IMG/VR virus record: IMGVR_UViG_3300010370_002417
Location: 13,259-77,258 of that record
From: a virus
DNA: 64,000 nt
Reading direction: 5' to 3' (one strand)
Shown: piece by piece, positions 56,801-64,000 of the stretch
Layout of the letters: each line of letters opens with the position of its first letter
Position numbering within the stretch: position 1 is the stretch's first letter
Position numbers and translations under genes: made by a program
Notes under the pieces: model-generated
Database searches by the model: none
What the model saw: only the letters and a program-made list of their open reading frames with translations
Told to the model about the DNA's origin: nothing

Positions 56801-57056
56801 CAAAACCAGAGTAAGGAATAAAATCATTAGCATCGTTATTTTGATGATTACCATTGCAGAGAACTGTTCCTGCGTTGTTTTTTAATTTTACGCGAACATC
56901 ATAGTTAGTAGCGCCGCCTGCTTGGCATGACCAAATGTACGCATATGTACTGTTCGCATCTGGAGTAAATGTGAGTGTGACTTTCGTCTGATCAGACGTT
57001 GAAGTAGTGCTTGATGTACCAGTGCTTTCAGCGGATGCGTATTTACGAGCGGCCAT
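47871..57056 (-). CDS. Giant T/G/S/N-rich repeat protein, putative fibre/adhesin
   Basis: 3061-aa ORF: two tandem ~370-aa N-terminal domains, two LYW(V/I)GGSGTW modules and many ~150-aa TITTNG...GVGGTWQL repeats. Confidence 0.75.
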   Translation of the reverse strand: MAARKYASAESTGTSSTTSTSDQTKVTLTFTPDANSTYAYIWSCQAGGATNYDVRVKLKNNAGTVLCNGNHQNNDANDFIPYSGFAIETFGSSPTSQSITLTYSSEGTITASIKNARIVAIKLTSADVYSENTGTSTSSSTSVFTAATTATFTPASAGFYAVLGYCEQNSGSNGGAGRYRVTINDVLSYNSAELVSLVTDFIPNMSVSYSTSLSGSCNIKYEFNSYGGNTVSCRNAKILALRMDEFDYSNIGINNSNNTTTTSTSYATAETTGTLDLQKYNYMILGCAHYTTTSASIQAHFRWQTDGVTWAESDITNTTLGSGTGRAVSRNAGVYVRTSGIGQSTTNVQYRRDGATTTGNYNTTLLYLALEPITGTKGRKYHSAESTTTSTSTSTTDTTKVTLTFTPDANSTYAYIWNCEVGNGSTAYDTRVNLKNNAGTAVCSMNIEPQDTTDIFAVSGFDIEAFGASPTSQSITLNFSTENAGGTASIRNARLIAIKLSSADQYVENTADATTTSTTLQTATTLTFTPASAGNYLILGQCELRTTSSGTIVNTQITHNSVAYSASANRPNDQTNYISNLLQASVGNLAASSQSITMQYSSNINGNTVNCRNAKLLALRLDEFSFATIKTDTTRTTTTSTSYTTKTSFAPIFLPSNLNCLVIGTATIDGNNTTLSNQYRFITSASPSPVTWLESVQESVNGSTHASRIGGLYLHSSGTTSYINLDYLSETASTTTGADEVTISVLQLDADQLYWVGGSGTWDSTTTTNWATSSGGTGGVGAPKSGTKVVFDSGSDSSAPFTVTINAGAVCDNLTASGLDQTMTWSGSGAMSVYGNFSVPATNFTQSYTGTITFAGTSTETITTNGKSFTAFTFDGVGGTWTLQDAATITGAATLTNGTLALGSYTFTCDNFASSNSNTRSINFGTGKIVVTSASTATVWNTGTVTNLTVSGTPLVELTGGGATTKTISAGALSEANSISFSLLNTAGTVSFTASNTVRNLIIANNSITISNIAITIYGNLTINGTTPTLTAGANAWTFAATSGTKTITTSGKTLDFPLTFNGVGGTWQLTGALTVGTSTSRAVTMSNGTFDLMGYDFTLYGTWNQTAGGIRLQNTGGTTNRIILTLDTTATVFDGNVNTGNTTDGNITVRVLGSNAATTRRYDPARAVGDRSASYINWEIAATAGTINFGAVADGQSFGNLTIENNSITFNFNGPMVIGGNFIVNGTNPTINFNAQIMYFSGIPTTHIINLNGNNSNTMDCPVQFNFYGTGTVQLANNLNIGIATSRTVTFIQGTLDLNEYNLTIYGLFTSSNSNTRTIDFGSASKIILTLSGTTIWNTGTATNFSVLGTNPLVQLTATGSTATMSFGAHSESGSINVQLSSATTTAVTLTGSIRNLTIDNFDITLNNGTRTLYGNLTISGTTPVLAGGALVTTFAATSGIKTITTNGDVIDFPLTFSGVGGTWQLQDALSVGTSTVRTVTLTNGTLDLNGFTFTIFGQFSSSNSNARTIAFGTTGKIVLSATGATTTTLCTMTTETNLTVTGTNPLFQVTGSGVGPLTVTSTSSLINLQLSPVAAATIAVTGNIKDFTIDNSSNITLSNGTRSIYGDLTIGGTSPTLTAGALVTTFAATSGTHTITTNGEVIDFPITFNGVGGTWQLLDNMSVGTSTIRVVTLTSGTIDLNEYNMTIFGTFEASGSNAKVIDFGSVSKIVLTLSISGNSALNLNTATNLSYLGSDPLFEFNGTGGAVTINLNGSNAIQASAPNLRINPAGTATAVITNSFNNLTVENLVGATVNISTAARLYGNLVIAGTNPTFNNGTLTFSKPSGTQTVTTNGKTIQFRMTIDGTGTIVQLLDAYTSLELSNNVTLTNGTLDLNEYTMTISQFSSNNSNVREIDFGTSGKLVLFNTTAAAVVNCATVTNFTLTGNPTIEITGSSSNSRQYIFGSTAGGTIESNTPDLTVTATGSGLVELVSLSKVRNLTHNSSDTLTRIQPTTTNPIYVYGNFTCASNGRIASGGVFNLAATSGTKTISLNSPAAGHDFSLVIDGVGGTFQAASNLNLGSGATTAALTVTNGTFEAGSYNITCRVFASNNSNVRTVNMGSGTWTLNGTGAIWNTTTTTNLTFIKGTANISSTHASTTTVEFRGGGLTYNNLTTSSSSNRFDIYGSNTFNTLTITSGGNLRFEAGTTNTFSTFSFANNSGDVSTLDTTTAGVAATLVYAGSSKVRTNYVTVRDITGSPVDTWYMGPNSTNTSNNTNLYFYNPPLYWIGGSGTWNNSSTTNWSYFSGGSSAGYYPDQYTDVYFDAGSDSGSAFDILTGTGVTVNCRNFTASGLDRAMTLTIYGSGAIINVYGDFYIPSTNFSFTGIETISGKLVFASTSTGKTITTNGTSLLEVEFNGVGGGWTLQDNYTATLYTILTAGTITLNDKTLTTPSFTFTGSTARSIAFGTSGKIVLTGSVGQPSNREWDGSTLTNFTVSGNRRVEYTDTPGIIFFHGDTSGATETNSVDLYITSSTTGVHNIQGYVRTLDFTGSTTTWSTDTLTIYGNLIISSGMSINHSTGTTLTFAGTVANGQTYQYITTNGKNVNWSNITFSGTAQYTLQDQFTCGTSGNGCSITLTTGTIVMGNYNIVQTAGTFSGGGTGVRGITSTGGVWKNTYNISSTTNVWNTAVATNLTITDLTVELYGSGSTNTRQISPGSTGLTQSNSTSFVIDLTDGTFTITSGNGVKNITFKDKAYTFSSITENLTVYGNFIFEGSSNVTFTGGSSGTLTFAGTGTQTITTNGETIDKPVTFSGTGSYSLGSAVTVGSTRLTTYTSGNLVLNGYTFTIGTFTASGTASRTINHGTNGQITVVGSGASAFLADGSNITYSGLGTINMTSASAKTFTANGNIFSTLNQAGAGTLTVRSRSVVGGSKTATFYSIKNTAYNATISFNRNSTFILTNKFEISGANTANPIIVDSTADVVSDPIEGGWYAKIVVANTTPQNVRHIKINNYNVVATPNTSVTPGSVRSSVYVRNSPKEAIPATALFYNDDATDLAGFGSETSNGWNFVREQGFLTFF
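54810..57050 (-). repeat. Tandem duplication of the ~370-aa N-terminal domain
   Basis: RKY(A/H)SAEST...TKVTLTFTPDANSTYAYIW twice; near-identical DNA at ~55806-55860 and ~56931-56985. Confidence 0.85.
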
Positions 57057-57069
57057 TTATTATTTCCAA

Positions 57070-57270
57070 TTACTCAGTAGGCGTTTCTTCTTCCACGGGA
57101 ACAGGAGGATTCATAATCATATTTAACCATTTATCAAACCTTTCCTGTTTCATTATTTCAATTTGCTCGTCTGTATAAGAATGATTTTCAGGCAAATGCA
57201 ATGCGTCAGAATATGAATACACGCCGTCTTCGCTTGTTTTAGTAAAATTGATTTTAATAAAACCTTCCAT
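57070..57270 (-). CDS. Small acidic protein, possible fibre chaperone/accessory
   Basis: 66 aa, DALHLP..H.YTDEQIE.MKQERFD.W; GAGGA RBS. Confidence 0.65.
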   Translation of the reverse strand: MEGFIKINFTKTSEDGVYSYSDALHLPENHSYTDEQIEIMKQERFDKWLNMIMNPPVPVEEETPTE

Positions 57271-57282
57271 GTCAATCCTCTA

Positions 57283-59352
57283 TTAAGTTTCTTGTGCCAC
57301 TGCGATAACATCCCAACGAGAATCTGTTGAGTTATAAACACAACCAATATATGTTGTTTTAGTAGCAACAGTAGTAGTTGGCAATGTTACACCTATTGCT
57401 CTAAACGAGTTTGTTGTTCCAGTCGTCCATGAAATTGTTCTGGCTGTACCATTGTCTTTGAGCCTAAACATAATCTTTTGACCGTTGCTTGGCGAACCAG
57501 AATCTGCATTAATTGTAGTTGTTGCTGCTACCGCAGTTAATTGATATTGTTCGTAGTTATTACTATTCCACGATAATGTAGATTGCGATGTATTGCTGAA
57601 TACTCTAGGAACGTATAGAGAATTATCATTACCCCAATAGACTGATGTTCCATTTGTCTTGAGAACTTTACCAGAAGTGCCAAGAGATCCGTTGGCGATA
57701 ATACCAGAAACAGTTGCGTTTCCAGTTACAACAAGATTCGTAACTGAAATAGATTGTCCGTTAGAGAATCCTCCTCCGCCGCCTGTTCCAGTCGCGTCTA
57801 CTCCCCAATACACACTAGTGCCGTTGGTCTTAAGAACTCTACCAGCAGTACCAAGAGATCCGTTGGCTACAAGACCAGTGATTGTAGTGTTACCAGTGAC
57901 AGAAAGATTCGTAGAAATTGCAACGCGACCAGTGTGGTCTAGCAATCCAGAAGTCGTTGGGTTTGATTTAGTCGCATATGTTGCAACAGCATTGGCTACT
58001 TGTAGTCGATCGCTGATCAGAGTGCGAAGCGCAGTATTAGTGCCCGTAAGATTAGTATTTACGAGAGTAATTCGCGCGTTCGTATTAGCCAACGCTGCTC
58101 GTTCTGTAGCGATTGTTTGATATGTTGCTGCTGCGTTCGCAACTTGTAGTCTGTCATTGATTAATGTGCGAAGCGCAGTGTTAGTTCCTGTGAGTGCAGT
58201 CCAACTGGCTCGTGTTGCAATGTATGCATTCGTGTTAGCCAAACGAGCATCGGCTGTAGTTTTGGTTTCATACGTTGCTGCAGCATTAGCAACTTGTAAA
58301 CGATCAGAGATTAAAGTTCTTAACGCAGTATTCATGCCAGTAAGATTTTGATTTACAAGCGTAATTCTAGCGTTGGTGTTAGCAAGAGCAGCACGTTCAA
58401 CTGCTTTTGTTTGATATGTTGCTACTGCGTTGGCTACTTGTAGATATTCGTTTGTTTGCGCAGCAATTGTAATCGTATCTGTCGTAGGATTGGCTGCAAG
58501 TGAAATCTTTGATCCAGCAACAAATGTAAGTCTGTCTGTAGAAGAATCGGCCGAGATAACATTTGATCCAACAAGAATTCCAGAGAATCCGTTAGAAGCA
58601 GCGCCACCAGATGAGCTAAATGTGATTGTATCTGTTGTAGGATTGGCTGCAATGGTCATCCCACTGCCCGCTACAAATGTAAGTCTGTCGCTTGTCGAAT
58701 CAGCTACAACTACGTTTGAACCGACGAGAATTCCAGAAAATCCGTTGGAAGAAGTGCCCCCACCAGCAAGAAGATTTGATCCTACCCCTGTTGCAGCTGC
58801 GCTAATATCAATATATGCGCCACGATTTGTACCGCCGTTTTCAAAAATTCTTAGTCTGTCTTGATATACGTCAATAGTGACGCCATTTGTAATAGTAGTC
58901 CCTGTAGCTGGTTTATTTAGAAAGATCTCGCCGCCTTCATTTCCATTTGAATATACAGACTCAAGATTTCCATTAACTTTGATGCTGACACCATCATATT
59001 GTAAACCAGAGCTTCCAGTTAACGTATTAGAAGAATTTCTATACAGAATCTGATTGGTTGTGCCTACAGCAGCTGTATCTGTACCCCAATAGCTTGTTGT
59101 GCCATTCGTCTTAAGAACTTGTCCAGAAGTTCCTAATGAATTGTTAGCCTTAACACCAGCTACAGTCGTATTTCCAGAGACTGTGAGATTGTTCAGCTGA
59201 GAGCCTATCTCGAATACAGCTGTGCCGTTCGAAGAATAGAGCTTCTTATCTTTTGTGTTGATTGCTATTTCGCCAGTAGTGAGATCAGTTGTTAACGGTA
59301 CTTTGCCCGCAACACTACTGCGCTTGATTTTAATTGTAGAGGCCACACCCAA
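57283..59352 (-). CDS. Fibre-like protein with IKIKRS N-terminal domain
   Basis: IKIKRS..GEIAINT.DKKLY N-domain; 50-aa coiled-coil repeats; C-terminal LPTTTV..KT.YIG..YN..DSRWDV domain. Confidence 0.75.
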   Translation of the reverse strand: MGVASTIKIKRSSVAGKVPLTTDLTTGEIAINTKDKKLYSSNGTAVFEIGSQLNNLTVSGNTTVAGVKANNSLGTSGQVLKTNGTTSYWGTDTAAVGTTNQILYRNSSNTLTGSSGLQYDGVSIKVNGNLESVYSNGNEGGEIFLNKPATGTTITNGVTIDVYQDRLRIFENGGTNRGAYIDISAAATGVGSNLLAGGGTSSNGFSGILVGSNVVVADSTSDRLTFVAGSGMTIAANPTTDTITFSSSGGAASNGFSGILVGSNVISADSSTDRLTFVAGSKISLAANPTTDTITIAAQTNEYLQVANAVATYQTKAVERAALANTNARITLVNQNLTGMNTALRTLISDRLQVANAAATYETKTTADARLANTNAYIATRASWTALTGTNTALRTLINDRLQVANAAATYQTIATERAALANTNARITLVNTNLTGTNTALRTLISDRLQVANAVATYATKSNPTTSGLLDHTGRVAISTNLSVTGNTTITGLVANGSLGTAGRVLKTNGTSVYWGVDATGTGGGGGFSNGQSISVTNLVVTGNATVSGIIANGSLGTSGKVLKTNGTSVYWGNDNSLYVPRVFSNTSQSTLSWNSNNYEQYQLTAVAATTTINADSGSPSNGQKIMFRLKDNGTARTISWTTGTTNSFRAIGVTLPTTTVATKTTYIGCVYNSTDSRWDVIAVAQET

Positions 59353-61210
59353 CTCCTATAAAGGAAGTGAGGGGAAGCACTTGTCCCCTCACTGGTATAT
59401 TAATTTATATTAGTATGTACCGCCGTCTATGACAGCTTCGATTGTAGCGATTGTATATCCTGCTCCTCCAGTATCTACTGTAGTAGTAGGTTCACTCTGC
59501 AATCCATAGTAGAACTTAAATACTCCGTCTGTTGCATCGCGGAACAATCCAGAATACTTAGTGCCACTAGAAACATACTTGGCATAGAGACCGGTATCGA
59601 CTGTATCAGCTGCGTTGTTAGCAGCCAACTTAATCATCGAGTCGTCAACGTTCAGCGTAGATGACGAGATATAAGTGACCGATCCTTCAACCGTTAGATC
59701 GCCGTCAACAAGCAGATTACCGCTAATGCTCGTGTTGCCGGAAACAGCAAGATTTGTTGAAATCGTTGCGCGTCCAGTATGAGCCAAGATTCCAGAAGTT
59801 GTTGGATTAATCTTAGTGGCGTAAAGCGAAGCTGCGTTTGCAACTTGCAGTCTATCACTAATCAGAGTGCGGAGAGCTGTGTTTGTGCCTGTAAGAGCAG
59901 TCCACGAAGCTCTTGTTGCGATGTATGAGTTAGTATTAGCCAACGCAGAGTTGAACGTGGTCGTGTTGACCTTAGTCGCAATATATGCGTTGGTGTTAGC
60001 AAGAGCAGCGCGCTCTGTAGCAATTGTCTGATACGTAGCAGCAGCGTTGGCTACTTGCAATCTATCAGAAATGAGTGTACGAAGCGCGGTGTTCGTACCA
60101 GTGAGTGCTGTCCATGAAGCTCTTGTAGCAATGTACGAATTTGTATTCGCAAGAAGCGTATTTACATAGCTGTTTGCAGCTGCATAAGCCTTGGTTGCAA
60201 ATTTAGCGTTTGCATTAGATACTTCAAGATACTTGTTGAAGTTACCTGGCGACCAGAATACATTCGTTCCATTCGTCTTAAGAACGTAACCAGAAGTACC
60301 AAGCGAACCGTTTGCAAGAAGTCCTTTAACAGAAGTATTTCCTGCAACTACCAGATTGTTCGCTACAGTTACGTTAAGAGCAGCGAATGGTGCAAGCTCA
60401 AACGAAGCATGACCAGTGTTAATATAAACGTTCGCATCTGGTTCAAGCGTGTACTTATGGAATACCTTGAACGTGCCATTATCAGAAGCATCGCGGAAGA
60501 AACCAGCGTGACGATATACGCCATCGTTGTAGTTACCTGCGAAACCGAGATCTGGGTTCGACACAACGCTGTTAGCGTTGAGATAGATCATATTATCGCT
60601 TGTGCTTACGTTGTTAGCGAAATATGAACTGACACCACCCGTTACAGTAAGTTTACCTTGAATGAAAACGTTGGCAGAAAATGATACGTTCGTATTAACA
60701 GATTGAGAAGAAGCTTGTGTGCCAGTCTTCTTAAGGAACGTATTGTTTACGTATGTGTTAGAAGCAGCATATCCCTTAGTCGCATAAAGCGCAGCAGCGT
60801 TAGCAACCTGAAGACGATCTGCAATGAGCGTACGAAGCGCTGTGTTGGTGCCAGTAAGAGCTGTCCACGATGCGCGCGTAGCAATGTAGGAATTCGTGTT
60901 AGCCAGACGAGCATTGGCTGTCGCTTTCGTCTCATACGTTGCAGCTGCATTGGCTACTTGCAAACGATCGCTGATCAATGTGCGGAGCGCTGTGTTTGTT
61001 CCAGTCAGCGCAGTCCATGACGCACGAGTCGCGATATATGCGTTTGTGTTAGCTAGACGAGCGTTAGCTGTAGATTTCGTTTCGTATGTAGCTGCTGCGT
61101 TAGCAACCTGAAGTCTGTCGCTGATGAGCGTACGAAGTGCAGTATTAGTGCCGGTGAGTGCTGTCCACGAAGCTCTCGTTGCGATATATGCGTTCGTATT
61201 AGCTAGGGCG
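57960..61210 (-). repeat. 50-aa repeat shared by two fibre genes
   Basis: LTG(T/M)NTALRTLI(S/A/N)DRLQVANA occurs 5 times in 59410..61353 and 3 times in 57283..59352. Confidence 0.9.
59366..59393 (-). terminator. Intergenic hairpin, possible terminator
   Basis: AGTGAGGGGA...TCCCCTCACT inverted repeat. Confidence 0.5.
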
Positions 61211-61353
61211 CTTTCGCCGATTTCAAATACGGCTGAACCATTAGACGAGAAGAGTTTTCTGTCCGTAAGGTTGATCGCAAGCTCACCCGCTTGAAGCGAG
61301 CCGGGCACCGATCCTGGTGTCGTACTTCTTTTGACTCTAATAATTGAAGCCAT
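59410..61353 (-). CDS. Fibre-like protein with IRVKRS N-terminal domain
   Basis: IRVKRS..GELAINL.DRKLF N-domain; repeats; two G.FRDA(S/T)D modules; C-terminal IDGGTY. Confidence 0.75.
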   Translation of the reverse strand: MASIIRVKRSTTPGSVPGSLQAGELAINLTDRKLFSSNGSAVFEIGESALANTNAYIATRASWTALTGTNTALRTLISDRLQVANAAATYETKSTANARLANTNAYIATRASWTALTGTNTALRTLISDRLQVANAAATYETKATANARLANTNSYIATRASWTALTGTNTALRTLIADRLQVANAAALYATKGYAASNTYVNNTFLKKTGTQASSQSVNTNVSFSANVFIQGKLTVTGGVSSYFANNVSTSDNMIYLNANSVVSNPDLGFAGNYNDGVYRHAGFFRDASDNGTFKVFHKYTLEPDANVYINTGHASFELAPFAALNVTVANNLVVAGNTSVKGLLANGSLGTSGYVLKTNGTNVFWSPGNFNKYLEVSNANAKFATKAYAAANSYVNTLLANTNSYIATRASWTALTGTNTALRTLISDRLQVANAAATYQTIATERAALANTNAYIATKVNTTTFNSALANTNSYIATRASWTALTGTNTALRTLISDRLQVANAASLYATKINPTTSGILAHTGRATISTNLAVSGNTSISGNLLVDGDLTVEGSVTYISSSTLNVDDSMIKLAANNAADTVDTGLYAKYVSSGTKYSGLFRDATDGVFKFYYGLQSEPTTTVDTGGAGYTIATIEAVIDGGTY

Positions 61354-61359
61354 ATTCTA

Positions 61360-61671
61360 TTACCCCTTATAGATCTTTTGTCTGTTCGTTGTGAAACCGT
61401 TCACCTTCACCTTTTCGACTTCAGGAATCTCCTCGACTCTAGGCTTGTCAGCATTAGAGGAAGCGATGTCACTTAATCCCATTCTTTTAGCTACAACAAT
61501 CTTGTCATCAATCTGTTTTTTGTATTGACTATTTATACTTTTAAGATCTTGAATTTCCTTAGACATTATCTTAACTTTGGTCTCGGAAATCATAAGAGCT
61601 TGAGTAAGTTCTTTAATTTTTTGTTGTTGCTGTTCTATAAAAATGTTTAATGTTTCAGCTTCTTTACTCAT
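61360..61671 (-). CDS. Small coiled-coil hypothetical protein
   Basis: 103 aa with an N-terminal heptad pattern. Confidence 0.6.
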   Translation of the reverse strand: MSKEAETLNIFIEQQQQKIKELTQALMISETKVKIMSKEIQDLKSINSQYKKQIDDKIVVAKRMGLSDIASSNADKPRVEEIPEVEKVKVNGFTTNRQKIYKG

Positions 61672-62309
61672 TAATAATTACCGCCATCCATTCCAACAGA
61701 AATGTCACCGCTAAATGTAGGAACGCCGTTTGCTATAGTTAGAACTTCGCCTTCAGCTCCAACTGCAAACGCAAACGCTGAAGTGTTGGCTGCATATAGT
61801 AATCCGCCTTGTGTAAGCGACGTGAATCCAGTTCCGCCATACTGAGGACCAAGAACGCCGTTTAGAATTACGTTAGTGATGCTTGAATTAATGATCGACG
61901 AATTTGCAATAGAAACATTAGAAAACGTCGAAGGATTCTGAGAATCAAAGTTCGCGATGACGTCGTTAGTTTGATTCTTAAATACAACGCCGCCAGTGTT
62001 TGACTGGATCTTAAATCCACCAAGATTAATCGTGGTGCCAGCAAGATACAGATCTCTCCATCTTTTCGTAGGAGAACCTAGATCATATGTAATATTTGCT
62101 GAAGGAAGTATGTTCGTTGTAACGAACTGAAGATTTGCTGTTGATGTAGCTAGATCGCTGAACTTAGCAAGACGTGTTCCGCCTACTGTTGCTCCATCAT
62201 GTACTCTTAGGGTTTTGTTCGTGACGTCAACCGTAATCGCACCATTCGCTCCAGTGAACGAATTGTGCTGTCCGGCTGTACCCCTTCTGAACTTAACCTG
62301 GATAGCCAT
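61671..62309 (-). CDS. Mtd_N-like (major tropism determinant N-terminal) fibre protein
   Basis: QVKFRRGT..QH..FTGA.G.ITVD....TLRVHDG.TVGG; ILP...TYDLGSPTKRWRDLYL; C-terminal DGGNY. Confidence 0.75.
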   Translation of the reverse strand: MAIQVKFRRGTAGQHNSFTGANGAITVDVTNKTLRVHDGATVGGTRLAKFSDLATSTANLQFVTTNILPSANITYDLGSPTKRWRDLYLAGTTINLGGFKIQSNTGGVVFKNQTNDVIANFDSQNPSTFSNVSIANSSIINSSITNVILNGVLGPQYGGTGFTSLTQGGLLYAANTSAFAFAVGAEGEVLTIANGVPTFSGDISVGMDGGNY

Positions 62310-63241
62310 TACAGCGTCCCGTAATCCCTACTCGTTTCTATATCTACTGCGCCAGTTATTGTACCGTAATCAATAACCTCAGAGCTAAATTCTGTTGCAA
62401 TAACATTACCAGCCTGCCACTTATTTATAGTGGTGTTCCACACCAGTGCTTGTCCATTCGCTGCTGCTTGAACGCTCGTATAATCAACGTCGTCTAATCT
62501 GTTGAGTTTTACTTCACCAGATCCAGCAGAACTTCCTCCTCCACCTGTAGCAATAGTGAATGCGAGACGAGAAATTCTTTTCTCGACAATATCTTTGAAC
62601 TGTTCGAGTTCTTTTTTGATTGGTTCAACATCTGCATCAGAGCCAGGATCACCTTTGTCTCCCTTATCACCCTTATCGCCTTTAAGGCCTTGTAATCCTG
62701 CTGCACCTGTTAAACCTCTCGGTCCAGGTTCTCCGTCCTTTCCATCAATACCATCGCGTCCGTCTCTACCAGCAGGACCAGCAGGACCTGTGTCACCCTT
62801 ATCACCTTTGGGTCCTTTAGCACCACGAACGCCTGGTCTTCCTGGATTTCCTTGCGGACCCTGATCACCCTTTTCGCCTCGTGCGCCAGTTAGTCCTCTT
62901 GGTCCTTGTTCACCTTGTGGACCTTGATCTCCTTGCAAGCCACGAACAGTTCGTATCTTGCTTATACCTTCAAGATCTTCAGGATTGGGAATAAATGTTT
63001 CGGATATTATGCGTGTTTCTAAATCTTTAAGGGTCTTCTGTAATTCTTCTCGAACTACAGAAGCCTCAGACTTAGCGAACTTGGATGCAATGGAAAGGAG
63101 TTTTGCTTTTTCTAGTTCGTAGCTAGGACTAGAAAAGTATTCATGGAATTCGCGTAGAACATCGTTCCGAACTTCTTCAGCTTCAGACTTGGCGAACTTA
63201 GCCGCAATAGATAGAAGTTTGGCGTGTTCTAGTTCTTCCAT
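62309..63241 (-). CDS. Collagen-like protein
   Basis: About 33 Gly-X-Y triplets (~62645-62945); duplicated ELE.AKLLSIA.KFAKSEA; GSGEVKL.RLDDVD; C-terminal DYG x2. Confidence 0.85.
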   Translation of the reverse strand: MEELEHAKLLSIAAKFAKSEAEEVRNDVLREFHEYFSSPSYELEKAKLLSIASKFAKSEASVVREELQKTLKDLETRIISETFIPNPEDLEGISKIRTVRGLQGDQGPQGEQGPRGLTGARGEKGDQGPQGNPGRPGVRGAKGPKGDKGDTGPAGPAGRDGRDGIDGKDGEPGPRGLTGAAGLQGLKGDKGDKGDKGDPGSDADVEPIKKELEQFKDIVEKRISRLAFTIATGGGGSSAGSGEVKLNRLDDVDYTSVQAAANGQALVWNTTINKWQAGNVIATEFSSEVIDYGTITGAVDIETSRDYGTL

Positions 63242-63243
63242 CT

Positions 63244-64000
63244 TTACAGTTCATCCCTAGCATCTTCTTCTATCTCGTCAAGATCTTCCTTCGATACACG
63301 CTCGATTGCGCGAGTCATGCTCTCAATGAGTTTCTTGTCTTCTTCAGTTAGAGGCTTAGGAACGAACTCTTCTTTCTTGACGCTCTTCACGCCAGAATTA
63401 TCATTTTTCACGCTGATCTCTAGCTTCTGTGGTTTGTTGCTAGTGTTGGCGTCTCCGCCAGCATTACCGCCAGAGCTACCTGGAGCATTAGCTATAGATT
63501 TCTGTGCGGGATCAGTTGTTGGCGTATCGCCGTCTGCTGGTCCTTCCGCAGCAATCTGCGCATCAATCTCTTTAATGTCCTCATCTGTCTGTCGAAGAAC
63601 GTTCTTACGAATCCACTCTACAGAATAATACTTGCCTGCATATGCGTCTACAACACCTAGAGTACCTAGACGCTGATTAATCATTTCTTGTTCTTTGATT
63701 TCCGCGTAATAGTTATCGCGCTGGAAATCATACTTTAGATCGTTCTTGATATCTTTCCATTCCTCGCGGGTCATTACGCCCTTAAGAAGAAGTTGAATCT
63801 CAAGAAGATTGTCAAATAGATGCGTGAAACGATCGCGCAGTCTTGAAGTGAATTTGGCGAATTTTACTTCGTCGCGAGTAATCTCACCCTGACGACCAAG
63901 TGAAAATTGACCTTCTGGTTCAAGACGGGAGATCGGAACTGAAAGTGACTTATAGAGCTTCTTGCGGAAGTAGTCTACGTCGTCCATCTGTCCCAGATTC
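63244..64000 (-). CDS. 20: Portal protein gp20 (3' part; starts beyond the window)
   Basis: NLGQMDDV.YF.KKLYKSL.VP.SRL, EITRDEVKF.KF..RLR and KYYS.EWIRKNVLRQTD motifs. Confidence 0.95.
   Translation of the reverse strand, partial: NLGQMDDVDYFRKKLYKSLSVPISRLEPEGQFSLGRQGEITRDEVKFAKFTSRLRDRFTHLFDNLLEIQLLLKGVMTREEWKDIKNDLKYDFQRDNYYAEIKEQEMINQRLGTLGVVDAYAGKYYSVEWIRKNVLRQTDEDIKEIDAQIAAEGPADGDTPTTDPAQKSIANAPGSSGGNAGGDANTSNKPQKLEISVKNDNSGVKSVKKEEFVPKPLTEEDKKLIESMTRAIERVSKEDLDEIEEDARDEL

Noticed and set aside
57960-61210. CRISPR-like array
   Set aside because: The repeats are protein-level, in frame and synonymously diverged; there is no repeat-spacer structure.
61671-62309. Diversity-generating retroelement suggested by the Mtd_N-like domain
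   Set aside because: No reverse transcriptase, Avd or TR/VR pair with adenine-specific differences is visible in the window.
1-64000. Plus-strand and alternate-frame ORFs in the track (e.g. 14788..15516, 43391..43858, 54007..54516)
   Set aside because: They lie within well-supported minus-strand genes, lack recognisable motifs, and are expected shadows of biased codon usage.
1-64000. tRNA or rRNA genes
   Set aside because: Intergenic gaps are short and explained by promoters and terminators; I saw no cloverleaf or T-loop pattern. tRNAscan was not run.

Overview
A 64-kb segment of a large T4-like myophage genome. Every credible gene is on the minus strand. In transcription order (right to left) it holds: the portal 3' end (gp20); a ~15.4-kb fibre/appendage cluster with a 3061-aa repeat protein, sitting between portal and core genes; head genes (gp67-like, gp21, gp22, gp23) and gp3; uvsY, uvsW, gp55, gp47 and gp46; a coupled peptide deformylase / C5 cytosine MTase / CmoA-like cassette; small early genes plus a VWA-MoxR pair; ribosomal protein bS21; a glycosyltransferase-like gene; gp45 and gp44, a 3-gene insert, gp62, regA, Hsp20 and DUF1127; GH19 endolysin and holin; gp43, uvsX, gp40 and gp41; and a late block with NlpC/P60, a nuclease-like gene, a ligase-like gene, a 1463-aa nucleotidyltransferase fusion, Dps, virion proteins and spanins. 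An alphaproteobacterial host is inferred from DUF1127, CTTGAC promoters, a ROSE-like leader and leaderless promoters. Strongest candidates for unusual biology: (1) the CmoA + C5-MTase pair, in which Arg replaces the motif-X Asn, pointing to DNA cytosine carboxymethylation; (2) a probable capsid-packaged, prohead-protease-cleaved polyprotein with a ligase-like partner; (3) a daisy-chained fibre system next to the portal; (4) Ala/Ser/Gly-Asn enrichment in virion proteins; (5) leaderless and antisense promoter architecture. Family assignments come from motif recognition by eye; no database searches were run.
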